In this document: piece by piece, positions 24,887-37,703 of the stretch | Layout: every line of letters starts with the position of its first letter | Position numbering within the stretch: the stretch's first letter is position 1 | Assembly: GCF_009834535.1 (NCBI RefSeq) | Contig: NC_045697.1 | Location: 114,950,001 to 115,014,000, forward strand | Length of the DNA: 64,000 bases | Direction of reading: 5' to 3' | DNA from: Camelus ferus | Lineage: Eukaryota | Position numbers and translations under genes: made by a program | The notes under the pieces: generated by a model | Told to the model about the DNA's origin: nothing | What the model saw: the letters and a program-made list of their open reading frames with translations, nothing else | The model's database searches: none

Positions 24887-25916
24887 AACATGCCTTTGGT
24901 TTTACAGAAAGTAACATGCAAAATAATTTTCTTCAAAAACATGGCTTTAACAGTCTTTTAAAAATGATCAGTTTAAATTTAAAAAGGATAAACTAAAGTT
25001 TCCAATACTCAGATTGTGAATTCATCTTTACCACACGATTTTATTGTTCCTTTGACTGGGACTGCTAACGTCCATCGTAAGGTGGAGAGGTGCTAATGTC
25101 TTTACAATCCCCGAAAACTCTTAGTCTGCCTATGAAGAACATAAATCTCTTGCCAATCCATTTTATCTTAGTACAAAGTTTTTACAATCTCCTTTTCAAA
25201 ACAATACATTACTGCAATACCGCATGAGTTCTCAAAATCACTGTTTTTGGTGTTAACAGCCATGAGTACAAGTTTACACATCATTGGTTTCTTTGGGGGT
25301 TGGCAGGAGCTCACCATGTTTCTTGTAAGGGAAGGATTTCATTTTGGCACAGGTCCACAGAGAAGAAAACACACTCTGCTTGCTATTTTCAGTAATACCA
25401 CAGAATAGAATCAGCCCTCATAATATAATATAAAATAGAAATCATATGTGATAGAAAATATATATGAATTAATATTATACTTATCCTAATTGTTTTGTTT
25501 GGTGTATATAAAGCATCTTTAAAGGACTATCTCAATATAGAAATGAAAGCATGAAGCATAAGAAAGTATCTCTCCTTCTTCCTTCTATTTTTTTTTTTCC
25601 AACTTACTTATACTTTGTGATACTTGGACTCTTAGGAAAGAAAGAAGTGATTAAATCCTCTGTGCTGGTGTTAGTATTACTGGTCAAAGAAAAGGAAATG
25701 AGTGCATTATCTTTCTCCAGTTAGGGAAAAAAGTCATAAAATGAAATTAGAAGTAAAAGTAATGAAAACCCTCCTGTCTCTTTATTCTGGCCTACGATTA
25801 AAATTCTTTTTGTGCTTGCTAAATGAAACATACCTTGCAAGCAAAGAAGGAAGAACAGTGGCGTCCGAGTGTGGCAGATTTCAAGTTTGAAGACTGCCAT
25901 CACTCCCCAGGCTTAC

Positions 25917-25990
25917 CTGTGGGCTTTAATCTGCTGCCAGGGGGCAGCCCTCTGGCTGAGAGCACAGATAGAATATTCCACCAAGTTCTT
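25917..25990 (-). other. Candidate 74-nt spliced exon of an unknown transcript
   Basis: Minus-strand acceptor ttgttttcttgatttacttgcAG and donor CAG|GTAAGC; no expression evidence. Confidence 0.3.
25934..25948 (+). promoter_or_regulatory. Candidate CTCF binding motif
   Basis: CTGCCAGGGGGCAGC fits the CCRSYAGRKGGCRS core with one mismatch; motif match only. Confidence 0.4.
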
Positions 25991-26030
25991 CTGCAAGTAA
26001 ATCAAGAAAACAACTGTGCTTCACAACTTA

Positions 26031-26097
<67 letters not shown>
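26031..26097. repeat. (TG)n(TA)n compound microsatellite at the tail of an L1
   Basis: Seen directly; abuts the L1 3' end at 26098. Confidence 0.95.
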
Positions 26098-26101
<4 letters not shown>

Positions 26102-26298
26102 ATTGAAGTGTAGTTGATTAGAAATGTGTTAATTTCTGCTGTACGACATAGTGATGTAGTTATACATATTATATATATTCCTTTTCATAATCTTTTTCAT
26201 TATAGGTTATTATGAGGTATTGAATATAGTTCCCTGTGCTATATATTAGATCCTTGTTGTTTATCTCTTTTATATATAGTAGTGTGTATATTCTTAAA
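26098..26298 (-). mobile_element. 5'-truncated cetartiodactyl L1 3' end
   Basis: tttaattgaagtgtagttgatt...ttgaatatagttccctgtgctata, homologous to the other L1 3' ends in the window. Confidence 0.88.
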
Positions 26299-28729
26299 CA
26301 GAGTTGGGCAGTGTAGGGTTACTCATTCCAAGCAAATTTAGTATCTCCTTTTCCTGTGACAAAGCCAGATACTGCAGTCAATGCTTTAGAAAAGAGGACC
26401 CAGTGTGGTTGTGAGTGTAGCTCATTTGCCCTGAATTGTTCCACACTGACATCCTGATACTTAGCCATGTGTTCATTTCTGTAATTTAACTGTGGGAAGA
26501 CTCCTTAGGGATCTTTGTTTTCTTACTTTGAGTAAAAGGTGCTGCTTGGGTGTTTTTTGCCAACTTCAAAATGAGCACAATAATTTGTAAGTGTTGGAAA
26601 GACACGTACTATAATGTGAACAGAAGTAAAATTATTCTGAATGCAAAACAATTTGCTATTAAGAATCTCTTAGTTGCCTTTGAGACGTAAGTTCTTCTTT
26701 AAATATTTATATTTTCCAAATATTAATTTGAATAAGTCAAGAAGCCCCATCACCAACAAAGACCTCTTCTGCTACATGGCTAAAGAATCTATTTCCAGCT
26801 TATGTATAATAATACAAACAACAGCATAGTCTCCAATTGTGATTTGAGTTCCAACTGAGGGTTAGTCATCAACAAGATAAGGAACAAAGCTATGTTACTA
26901 CATTTTAAATTTGCAGAATTAATTTCAAATTCCTAGCTTTTAAGTTGTCTTGGTTGTATTTTTTATTAAAAGAGAAGACCAAAGCATGGTAAAGCTGATT
27001 TGTTCCAGGCATGCTAGAAATATCAGAAGTGAAATAAGCTGTATTAGGTGCTAAGTTGAAAATGATTAATTGATCTGCTCTGTTATATCTTATTACTCTC
27101 CCATATGCTATTAACTTAAATAGATGAGTTTATCCTCACTTACCCTGGAGTGACTTGAATCTTTTCTGAGCAATAGTCAAAATCAGAAGGCATCGTTTGT
27201 TACAAGAGAGAGATCCAGGACCAGAAAGCCTGAATCTCAGTAAATCTGTTGCTTTAGATTTCCTGGTAACTTGGTAGAATTTAATCTAAATTCAGTCAGA
27301 TATTCCACTCTCGCTACTTCTAACCTGGTTTCCCGTTCTCCAGAGAGCGATTTGTATTTTTCTTGAGGATAATAAGCTAACAAAGGCTCCTTGGCACCTG
27401 GTAGATCACCTCAGTAGAAAGGGTCATGGTCTCCATGCATATTGATGAGTGAAACTCTTTTCTGATCAAGATTTGTGTTTGCGTGTGGAATGTGTAATAG
27501 TACAATTAGCCTTGAGTGTCCGAGCAACATTCAATTTCAACACTCTGACCTAAACACACGGGAAAACCAGAGTGCAACCCCTCTGATACTCTCTTCAGGG
27601 TTCAGAAAGGACAGAAACGTTTCCTTTATCCTTCTCCTTCCCATTCTGTGTCTGCCCAGGTGTGAGGCCTTAGTCATGGGACACATTTTGTCACCCGCAT
27701 CTGTCTCGGGATGTCACTCACAGTTTATATGCAGTCTACAGAGTGTGACAGAGTCTCTCCGCCTGACAGAACAGGTCTTGGCAGTTCAAATGTTTCACAT
27801 CAGCTGGCAATGATGGAGCCTTTCTCAGTAACTCTGGCCTAAAATGAAATTCTGTAAAGTCTCAGGGATATCATAATCTGAACTGTTCTTAAATGTACTA
27901 AGAAGGGTTTTTTTTCGCAGCCAAGAGAGAGAAAACTAAATATATAAGAAAAGATATTAGCAGATAACAGCCTACAGATGCCAATGTTACACATCTGTGT
28001 AGATCTCCAAAAACCAAAGGTTACCAACATTAATCTAATGCCATTTCAATACTAGCAATATGTAATAATATTACTATAAATAATTATTATTTATATTTTA
28101 TATTTTTATATATTATATAACTATGTATATTATTATATAATTATGTTAATAGTATTTATAAATTATTATATAATTATAATAATACAATTAATTAGTTTCA
28201 TTATTATACAAACTCTTATTGAATCGAGGTTTACAATGTTCCAAGGATTCTTTTAAGTAAGCTCGTTATGTATTGTCTTTCAAACTATGAATATTGTACT
28301 CTTTTTGCACAGATTAATGAAAAAAAAAACTAAGATTCAGTGAGTTTAAACCACTTGCTAAGTTAGCTGATAACTGGCATAAGCAGGGTTCAAATACATG
28401 TGTTTGATAGCGTTAAAATCCAATTTAAGTAACAGACAGTCAATGTTAACTGAAAATACGTATTCCTCACAATTAGTAAATATGTATTGCAAACTGGTAG
28501 AAATCCTATGCACATCAATTTGGAAATATCCACCACAGCATAAACTGAACTAAATATTTTTTGTACTGGGCATACATGCAAAGCTTCAGCAGGCCATATG
28601 TTAAAGATCTCCAATGAAGCCTTTTTCAGTAAGGAAAACAGCAGGATGGACTACAATGGAGCTATGTGAAAGAATGACAGTGATATATCTCTGCTGATGT
28701 GGAAAGATCTTCATTAATTTTTCTTTAAA

Positions 28730-30060
28730 TGAAGCTTGGAGTAAAGGAACACAGGAAACAGCAAAGCTGAACTCTACATTTGCCTGAGCTAACTGATTAG
28801 AGAGAGTTGCAAGAATGCTGACCCCTGAGTGGAAGAGAGGGAAATGGGCACTGGAGGATGCCAGGGTGGCCAGAGTTCACAGGGCTGAGTATCAGAGAAG
28901 AAAGAACCCAGCACACATACAAAAGCATGTGAAATCTGCAGAGGAAGCCAATCAATTCAGTGCACGCTGAGGAAACCAGTAAAAGCCCATGCTAGGACAA
29001 GCTGCGGGGCGGAAACTAGTTAGGACTGGGGGAATCCATCCAAATAGATAGAAATAGTACCCAGAGCTCAAAAAATAGTTGAGTGGCACCCCTCACGCAC
29101 CATGGGATATTGCATAGGGCACACACAGTGTTTTACTGCAGTTTGAGGGAAACTCGACCAAACAATGACCTTGTACCACCTAATAAACCTAAAAACTTCC
29201 AAAGGATCAAATTCTAAGTAATGTAACAAAATACTAGATTAAAGCTGAGAAATATTTATAGGAACACAAATATCCAGCATAGACTAAAATTCAAAATGTC
29301 TAATTTTCAATCATAAGTTATCAGGCACTCAAAAAAAGAAGAAAAGTAAGCCCATAATAAGGAGAAAAATCAATCAAAATCAATCTAGAAATGACAGAGG
29401 TGGTATACATAGTAAACAAGGGCATTAAAAGTTATTTAGCTGTAGTCACACATTCAAGAATCTAGGTGAAAAATAAAGTATGTTAAGTATACATCTGGAC
29501 AGCATTTTTTTAAAAACCCCAGTTGCAGTTTAGAAGTTAACACTGCAATGGCTCAGATGAAAATGATAATATGTGGGATTGATGTCAGATGAGAAGCTGC
29601 AGAAAAAATATTGGTGAGCTTAAAGATGTAGCAATAGAATCAATCAACAAAAATGAACAGAGCCTCAGCAAGTGTGTGACAACTTCGAGTGGCCCAGTTT
29701 CTCGCAGTGGGAGTCAGCAAAGGAGAAGGTAGGATGAAAAATACCTCAAGAAACAATGGTAAAGAGATTTCTAAATTTGATGAAAACTAAAAAGGTAAGT
29801 TTTAAATACCCAATGAGAGAACTTCAAAGTGAAAGAAGGCAGACATAAAAGAGTAGATACTGAATCATTTCATTCACATAAAATGCATATTAATGGGGGC
29901 TGGAGGTGGAGCTTACAGAAGGGCATGAGGATATTTTGGGGGCTAATAGATAAATTCATTATCTTGATTGGGGCTATAATTTTGTGGATGTACACACACA
30001 CCAAAACTTACCAAACTGTATATATTATATGTTAAATATACATTAATAAAGCTGTTAAAT
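28730..30060 (+). mobile_element. Old L1M composite (5' region, ORF1 remnant, 3' end)
   Basis: 5' motif gggtggccagagttcacagggctgagtatcagagaag; ORF1-like aaaatgaacagagcctcag...tttctaaatttgatgaaaac; 3' end aaacttaccaaactgta...aataaagctgttaaa. Confidence 0.65.
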
Positions 30061-31329
30061 TTTTCAGCAGAGATTAAAAGATAAAAAGATAAAAAGACTT
30101 ATTTTGTGTGTGTATGTGTGCATGTGGAAAGAGAGAGAATATATATACACACACACACACGTGTATTCACACACACATATATATTACATTTTAAAATAAT
30201 TAGTGGTAAGTAGAGTTCTGGAGAAAACTCATATACAAAGAAAATAGCAAGGAAGTAGATATATGTCAGCAAAACTGTATGCAAAGGTTAGAATTAATTC
30301 TCTGAGAAAATGGTTAAGGTACTCAGAATGAGAATAAGGTTTGTAAAATGTTAGTAAGAGCAGGTTGGTATATCTGGAATATGAATATGTAGAAAGCATT
30401 TTCAATTTTTCTTATGAGTATGACTGCTGAAATTTGTTAGGGTTACTGAAGTAGATGGGTTATAGTAGCAATCATCTAAAGTGCCACATCCATCATACAA
30501 GAAATCCTTCAATAGAAATGGTGTTGCCCACTAATGGAGTTGATAGACAAGTAGACAAAACAATCAGAAGGAACTATTGGCATACAGTTAGTGGATTTAA
30601 GAGATGCTAAAATTTCTTGCAAAGGAACAGATAGTCATGTACAACAAAGAATTTACTTCCAATATAACCTTCAAATGACCTACTTGATAATCATGAATTT
30701 GAAAATTAGCCGTGACTAAAACCTAAATCTATTATATATAGATATACAGGGAAATACCTGGTTTTAATATGTCCTGTGACTTTCATAAATACATCTACCA
30801 TTAAATCTGAAGGGAGAATTATTTTATTTCTCTAAAAAATTTGCTAAGAATTACCTCCTATTTTGCAAAAATAACATTATCTATGGAAAAGTCACCTCTG
30901 GTGTTTGAATACCCAGCACAACACAATTGTATTTCATATATATTTGTAGCTGCAGCATTCACACTGTGTGTCCATTATTTATTTCATGTTTATGTTTTGT
31001 TACAAAGTAACAGTTTGAGTAGCTTGAGTAAAAGAGGCAAAAATCTACATTTAAGGCCTTGGAATTTAGTTTTAATCTTCACATGAAATTGAAGGTTCTA
31101 ATGCATTACTCTGCTAACATATATTCTTTACTATTACAATGAATCCATGAAGATTAGATGGACATTTTATACATAAACATGCTATTACAATATTTTCTCT
31201 CTCTATATTAATTCTTATATTTATTACAAATATTAAAGCCATGTTATTCTCCCCACTACAATTTAAATAGTCCTTGAGTCATGATGGTGTTCTCACTGCA
31301 TGGTGTTATTTTTTTGTTGAATAAGATGA

Positions 31330-32480
31330 ATGAGAAGAAAATGCCTTAAGCCACATACTATTAGAGAATAATTAATCTTACTTGCTGCGTGATACATTAT
31401 TAGTATGGTGATGGAAGGACATCTAAATGAAATAATTTATTCTACTCCACTGCGCAATGGTATGGTTTCACGAAGAATCAATGGAATAGCAAAAATATTG
31501 AGAATCAGCTGTGTAATGCGGTGAAGCATATTCTCATTATAAGTAGATGAAACCACACTTCATGATAATGAAGATTGACTACTTGCATCTGTAATCTTTC
31601 CAAGGGAGGAAAAGTTCTGAAGAAAACGATAATTCTAACAGTTATGAGAATGACTCAGTGGGGTTTTTCAATTAGTGAAATCCTTACATGTTATTTATTG
31701 GAAATACATTTAATTTTCTAGTCACTGATAGTGTATGAGTAGAAATACAGCCATGGTGGTCAGCAGCACGGATGCTGGTCAGTGTAAAAATATGCCAGTG
31801 CTTTTGACAATTCATTATGTTATTTATGAGCAGTATTTAGACAGTAAGAGTGATAGAGAAAAATGAAAAAGACAAATCAGATAGAAATTATCAATGTCAC
31901 TAACACATTAAAAGCCATTTCTCAAAGAAATTTTCTCTTAGGATATAAAACACGATTAAAAGAAGTATTAGCATCTTGGCCTACAATTAGAAGCAACATA
32001 TCTTTCAAAAAAAGTTTAAAAATACCTAATCATTCTGAAAAAAAAATTGCAGAATTTTTGATTCATTCATTGGAAAAGTTGTAAATAAAATGTTGCTAAA
32101 TTTTATACCATATGTTAGGTATACATGTAAAGTTAAATGAGTATCGTTTATGCTAAGAAGAAATAAAATTAATCTTATTAAGTGAAGATATTTATTATAG
32201 AATTTATCAGTTATCTTAATTTTTAAATTTTTCTTGTCCTCCAAGTGTTTTTAGTTTTAATCTTTTCAGTTTTTGGAAAAGGAAAAGACAAAGTTACTGA
32301 TTTAAAAATATCTTGCTCTTTTTGATACTATTAAATTATATAATTAGTAGATTAAAAGATTTGTCTGAACTTACGATCAGATTTGGGTGATGATTCATTT
32401 GAGGCAGATGTAAAACTTGCTAGTCAAAACTCCTGAAGAGTTTTTTGAGTCACAGCATAGTTTAATCGTTGTACTAATAA
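31330..32480 (+). mobile_element. Fossil hAT-Charlie/Buster DNA transposon, degraded transposase
   Basis: Manual translation gives KPHTIRE*LILLAA (31348), STPLRNGMVSRRI (31441), NIENQLCNAVK, FSL*VDETTLHDNED*LLASV and TIHYVIYEQYL (31807). These match Buster/Charlie motifs KPHTIGEELILPAA, PLSNNTVxRRI, FSLQLDEST and IHCVIHRQHL; stops and frameshifts present. Confidence 0.85.
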
Positions 32481-33165
32481 AATGTTTTAGACACATTTAA
32501 AATGTCAAAACACACTTCTTTTGTGATAAACTACATTTAATTTCATTTCATTTCTGAATATATTATTTTAAGTTGGTTTTAGTGCAGTGTGCAATTACAA
32601 CAAATGTATTCATATGAACAGCAATTCTGGAAGAGAGATTTGAGTCTCATTTTAGAAGAAAGATTTAGAACTTCTGTGTGAAGGAGAATCACCTGGACGG
32701 AAGAGTTACTGGCTCTTTTGAGTGAGAGTTTGAGCTCTGATTTTCTTTTGGATGAAACCCTTCCCTGCTTATTTCTGTTTAAGCAGGAATCTTCCTGGAT
32801 GGATGTGTTCTTGGCTCTTATTGAGGGGGGATTAAGCACTGACTTTCTATTAGATAGGACTCTTCCTGACTTCTTCTGTTGAGCAAAAACCTCCTCAGCT
32901 CTTTTGTAAAACCAATTTTGTTTCTTTCAATTGTAGTCTAAGCCTGTGAGTAATTCTCATTCTAAATTGCAGCTCCCCAATTCCTTACCGGCTGACTATA
33001 TGTTCTACCACTATGACACTAATGTGGACCAATATCTGCAAAACAGAATAATTTGACAAAGGATAATTTTGCAGTTCCATGGCCTCTTTGGGAAACTTGA
33101 AGTCTCCCCAAACCAGCTCATCTAAGATCTCTCCCATACCCTGCTCCTTGTTTCTCCTTTTGGAG

Positions 33166-33728
33166 CATATATATAGTCATTGTCATTTTTTTTTCTCTGT
33201 GAGCTACTATAAGATCTTGTATATGTTTCCCTGTGCTATACAGTTTAATCTTGTTTGTCTATTCTACAATTTGAAATCCCAGTCTATCCCTTCCCACTCC
33301 CCCACCCCATTGGCAACCACAAGTTTATATTCTATGTCTATGAGTCTGTTTCTGTTTTGTATTTGTGTTTTGTTTGTTTGTTTGTTTGTGTTTTTTTAAA
33401 TTTTAGATTCCACATATGAGCGATCTCATATGGTATTTTTCTTTCTCTTTCTGGTTTACTTCACTTAGAATGACATTCTCCAGGAGCATCCATGTTGCTG
33501 CAAATGGTGTTATGTTGTCAGTTTTTATGGCTGAATAGTATTCCATTGTATAAATATACCACAGCTTCTTTATCCAGTCATCTGTTGATGGACATTTGGG
33601 CTGTTTCCATGTCTTGGCTGTTGTAAATAGTGCTGCTATGAACATTGGGGAGCAGGTGTCATTTTGGAGTAGGGTTCCTTCTGGATGTATGCCCAGGAGC
33701 AGGATTCCTGGGTCATATGGTAAGTCTA
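33166..33728 (-). mobile_element. Young camelid L1 fragment: ORF2p C-terminus plus partial 3' UTR, no poly(A)
   Basis: ORF 33403-33645 MFIAALFTTAKTWKQPKCPSTDDWIKKLWYIYTMEYYSAIK... is the L1 ORF2p C-terminus; 3' UTR matches the 48429 copy but stops early. Confidence 0.95.
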
Positions 33729-36070
33729 GGAATATTTGTATTTTAAAAGAGCAGGTAACATTCTTGGATTCTTGTCAATGCTCAGTTTTTCACAATGTAA
33801 CAAAACAGAGTTACTACTTTGAAAATTATACGTTTTCTGTAAAGTCATAGAATATTCCTAAGGGTAAAGGAACAATTTGTATATCAAATCACCCTGGAGA
33901 GTTGTCTAGGCAATGAACAAACAAGCTTTAAAATTTACATTTCAAGCCAAAAAGTTAAAATGGTGTTACTCTGTAGCTGTCCAGCACAGTTAGTGCTGAC
34001 ACAGAATAAAAGACTAACTTTATTTTCCTACAGTCGTCCACCTTACCTCCCTCCACGTATCCTGTAGTCTCTGCTGTTTATATGAAATCAACTGTAGGTA
34101 TATTACTCAGTAAGGGACAATAATGGCAATTTAGTGTAAAATCAACAGTAACATTTTCCCCTAGGAAAAAACCTTTGTCACTCTTCCTGATTAATGTATC
34201 TCTATTAGTTTAAAAAAAAAATGAAATAAACTGTCATTCTTTAACATTAGATTTCTCTGGATTTCTTATATATAGCAGCATTTATAGTATCAGGCATCAT
34301 TTCAAAAACGCATCTATGAAGTTTAGTTTGAATCTGGAAAAATTAGTTTACATTTTTAATGAGAAGAGTATATATTGTACTGCTATGGATAATAATCCAT
34401 TCAAAGTTATAGAATCAGTAGAAAAAATGCACATTTTGTAAATACAATATTTTTTGACTGAAATTAGGAAATATTACCAATAGTCTAAGGGAGAAAAATC
34501 AAAAAACATCCTTGAGTCCTGTCCATGAAATTTCAGTGGTTGTAAGAATCTTAATTGAAGAACACCTGAAATAGATTATAAAAGATAATTAATTCTCTGT
34601 TATACATTTAAATTAGTCAATAAAAATTAGGTTACTATAATTACAGTATAATCCTAACTCTATTCAGTATAAGAGTAGTGTTAACTAGTACTAGTAACCA
34701 TAGCTATTGAGTACTTATGAGATTAAATTAGTATTAAAAGCGATTTTTTGAACTCTCATGTTTATGTCCTCAAATTAACATGGATGAAATTGACTGCTAA
34801 TATATATTGTAATATGTTATATGTTATTTTACAATATATATTAATATTCTAATTTTTGTGGGGAAAAGAGAAGTTTAGCAATGTTAACTAAATTTTGTAA
34901 GGTCAAGAATTCAAAAAAGCAGTCTGACTCCATTTTTAAATGGTAAAATTATAAACTATGAGAGAGCTCGAAAATCAAGATTTAACACCTTCACGAGGGG
35001 AAAAATGGTATTTGATACAAGCTAGTATGTCTACTGATTTTTAATTTGTCTACACTCTAATCCCTTTTTCATTGCATTGACTTTTAGAGAATAAACAATA
35101 TATTTTGCGTAAGTTATAAATTAATTTTGCTACCCTGTTTTTTAATTATTTCATTATCAATTATTTTACACACATTGTACTGTATAAGATATACGTTTGA
35201 AATAAAGAGAATTGAAATTAACACTCATGCATACAGTACACTGGTGTTTCTACCTCTTTGAAGCCTTGTACACATTTTAACATCACTACCCTCTCCTCCT
35301 AGACCAAGTGAACACTGCTGAGTTACGTAAGTATCATACTCATGATTTTCAGATTACTTTTCTGAGCATTAAATAATGTCCTTGTAGTTTTCTCTGCTTT
35401 TGAAATTTACATATTGGATCCACACTCAGGATACACCATGATTTTCTTTTCCTTTTCTTTTTTTTGCTCAGTATTATAATTTTGAGAGATACATGTGTGG
35501 ATGTGTATGGTTACAGATGACTATAGATACTCCATTTTTGCATCCTTGTATATTTCCATGAATAAATGTAATAATTTAACTATCCAATCTTCTTTAATGA
35601 ACTTCCAGATTTTCCCCCGTTTCTTGCAAACAGTACTTCTATGAACACTGAACACTTGTGAAGCACACACATGAGAAATTTTACTGTATAAAATACTTAA
35701 AGGAACTGCTGTGTCACTAGAAAACTTGGCATTTTAAAATTTCATAAATATCATATTTTTCCAATGTAGTTGTACCAATTAACACTCCCATGAGGAGCAT
35801 ACCTAATTTTCCAAGTCTTTACCAAAGAAACTCATCAGACTTCTAAGTTTTCCTAATCTGATATGTATAAATTGATGAGCATTTGTTATAGTAATTTTCT
35901 GTTCTCTAATTATTAATGTTAGGGTGTATCTTCATCTCCTTTTGGTGAAATGATCACTTTTTATTTAAGATTTTAAAAAATGATATGTACTATGTAATGT
36001 TGGCCTCTTACATATTTTAAATACACTCTCCAAATTTATGGCTTGTTTTTCCATTTTTTGTATTGTGTCT

Positions 36071-36428
36071 TTTTTTTGGCATTCTTTTTTACTGAAGTAC
36101 AGTCAGTTTACAATGTTGCATCAATTTCTGGTGCACAGCATCATGTTTCAGTCATACATACACATACGTATTTTCATTTTCATATTCTTTTTCATTTTCA
36201 TATTCTTTTGCATTATAGGTAATACAAGATAGTGAATATAGTTCCCTGTGCTGTACAGTAGAAACGGGTTTTGTGAGAATCCCCCTGTATTTCAAAGTAA
36301 AAGACACTCTGCCAGAGTTCAGCAGGTGTTCCTTGTGATTCAGCGGGTTTGTAGATGTAATTCTTGGTGTATTTGTGGGAGACGGTGAGCTGTGAGTCTC
36401 TCTATTCCACCATCTTGGCACCTCCCCC
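36071..36428 (-). mobile_element. Mini-L1: L1 5' end (about 164 nt) fused to L1 3' end (about 195 nt with tail)
   Basis: Minus strand starts GGGGGAGGTGCCAAGATGGTGGAATAG (L1 5' start, YY1-type motif) and switches at 36265 to the L1 3' UTR tttctactgtacagcacagggaac; degenerate TSD at 36059-36070 and 36429-36440 (10/12). Confidence 0.85.
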
Positions 36429-36636
36429 TGTATTATTTCTATTTTGAGCAGAATTTATAATTTTAATTTAATGAAGTCATTAATTTGACCATTTTAAGGT
36501 TAAGAAAAATTTTCTGCATTATCTATATATGCTAAAAGTTTTAAAATTTAATTTCAAACTTAAACCCTTAATTCATCTTTTATTGATATTATAGGGATTA
36601 AAATTTCTGAAATTTCATCCTTCCCCTTATGAATTA

Positions 36637-36997
36637 TGTCCTAGTCTACTTGGATTGCTATTACAAATTATCATAGACTGTATGGGGCTTATAAGCAACA
36701 GAAATTTATTTCTCACTGCTCTGGAGGCTGAAAGTCTGAGATCAGGGTACCAGCTTGTAGATTCTGGGAAGGGCCCACTTCCTGGTTGCAGACTTTCAAC
36801 ATCTCATTGTTTCTCACGTGGTGGAGAAGGCAAGGGAGCTCTGAGGTCTCTTCTATAAGGGCACTAATTCCATTCACAAGGGCTCCACCCTCATGACCTA
36901 AGCACCTCCCGAAGGCTCCACCTCCACGTACCACCACTTGTGGGTTTCAGCATATGAATTTTAGTGGGTGAGGAAAACAAACATTCAGTAAATAGCA
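36637..36997 (-). mobile_element. MaLR solo LTR, MLT1A-like
   Basis: tgtcctagtc...aacagaaatttatttctcactgctctggaggctgaaagtctgagatcagggt...ggctccaccctcatgacctaa...aacattcagtaaatagca. Confidence 0.9.
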
Positions 36998-37002
36998 GAT
37001 AC

Positions 37003-37140
37003 TGTGTGGGTGTGTGTGCATAATTTTTTGAAAACTGTCCATCATTTTTCCATTTTCTCACTCCCTCCGTGCACATTCTTGAATAGTCTCCTCATATGCC
37101 GACCCTGAGATTGGCTTTGTTGAGCTGGTTTGACAATGAG

Positions 37141-37171
<31 letters not shown>

Positions 37172-37509
37172 CTAGTGTGGCATAAGCAGTGATTTGAATT
37201 ACTTGCTCCTTCTGTTCATGCTGCCAACATCTCCTTTGCCATCATGTAGGGAAGCCCAGCATCCTACTGGGGAACGGCAGCATGTGGAACAAAATTGAGC
37301 TTTCTTGGTAGACACCTTAGATCACCCAGTCTCACTAAACATTCTAGACCATCCAAAGCCAGCCAAGCTGCTCAGTGAACACAAGGATCAGTCAAGACAG
37401 CCAAAAACATAACCACACCAGGCGATTCATAAAACCAAGGGCTGAATAAATTGATTGTTTAGACCCTTCCTATCTTGGAGAAGTTTGATATGAAGCAGTA
37501 ATTAATACA
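37003..37509 (+). mobile_element. MaLR LTR, MLT1G/H-like
   Basis: MLT1-type 3' end aataaattgattgttttagacc...ttggagaagtttgatatgaagcagtaattaataca; internal ctagaccatccaaagccagcc. Confidence 0.6.
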
Positions 37510-37519
37510 AGACAACTAA

Positions 37520-37703
37520 TATTGAAATAGAGTCAGTTTACAATGTTGTGTCAGTTTCTGGCGCACAGTATAATGTTTCAGTCATACATATACATGTATT
37601 CATTTTCATATTTTTTCATTATAGGTTACTACAAGATATTGAATATAGTTCCCTGTGTTATACAAAAGAAACTTGTTTATCTATTTTATATAAGTGGTTA
37701 GTA
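37520..37703 (-). mobile_element. Short camelid L1 3' end
   Basis: gtcagtttacaatgttgtgtcagtttctgg...gaatatagttccctgtgttatac...cttgtttatctattttata. Confidence 0.88.

Noticed and set aside
27443..27465. TGATGA...CTGA resembling C/D snoRNA boxes
   Set aside because: The boxes are only about 13 nt apart, far too close for a snoRNA
36152..36421. 89-aa ORF spanning the mini-L1 junction
   Set aside because: GTG start within L1 UTR sequence; the repeated KEYENE comes from a ~19-bp tandem duplication
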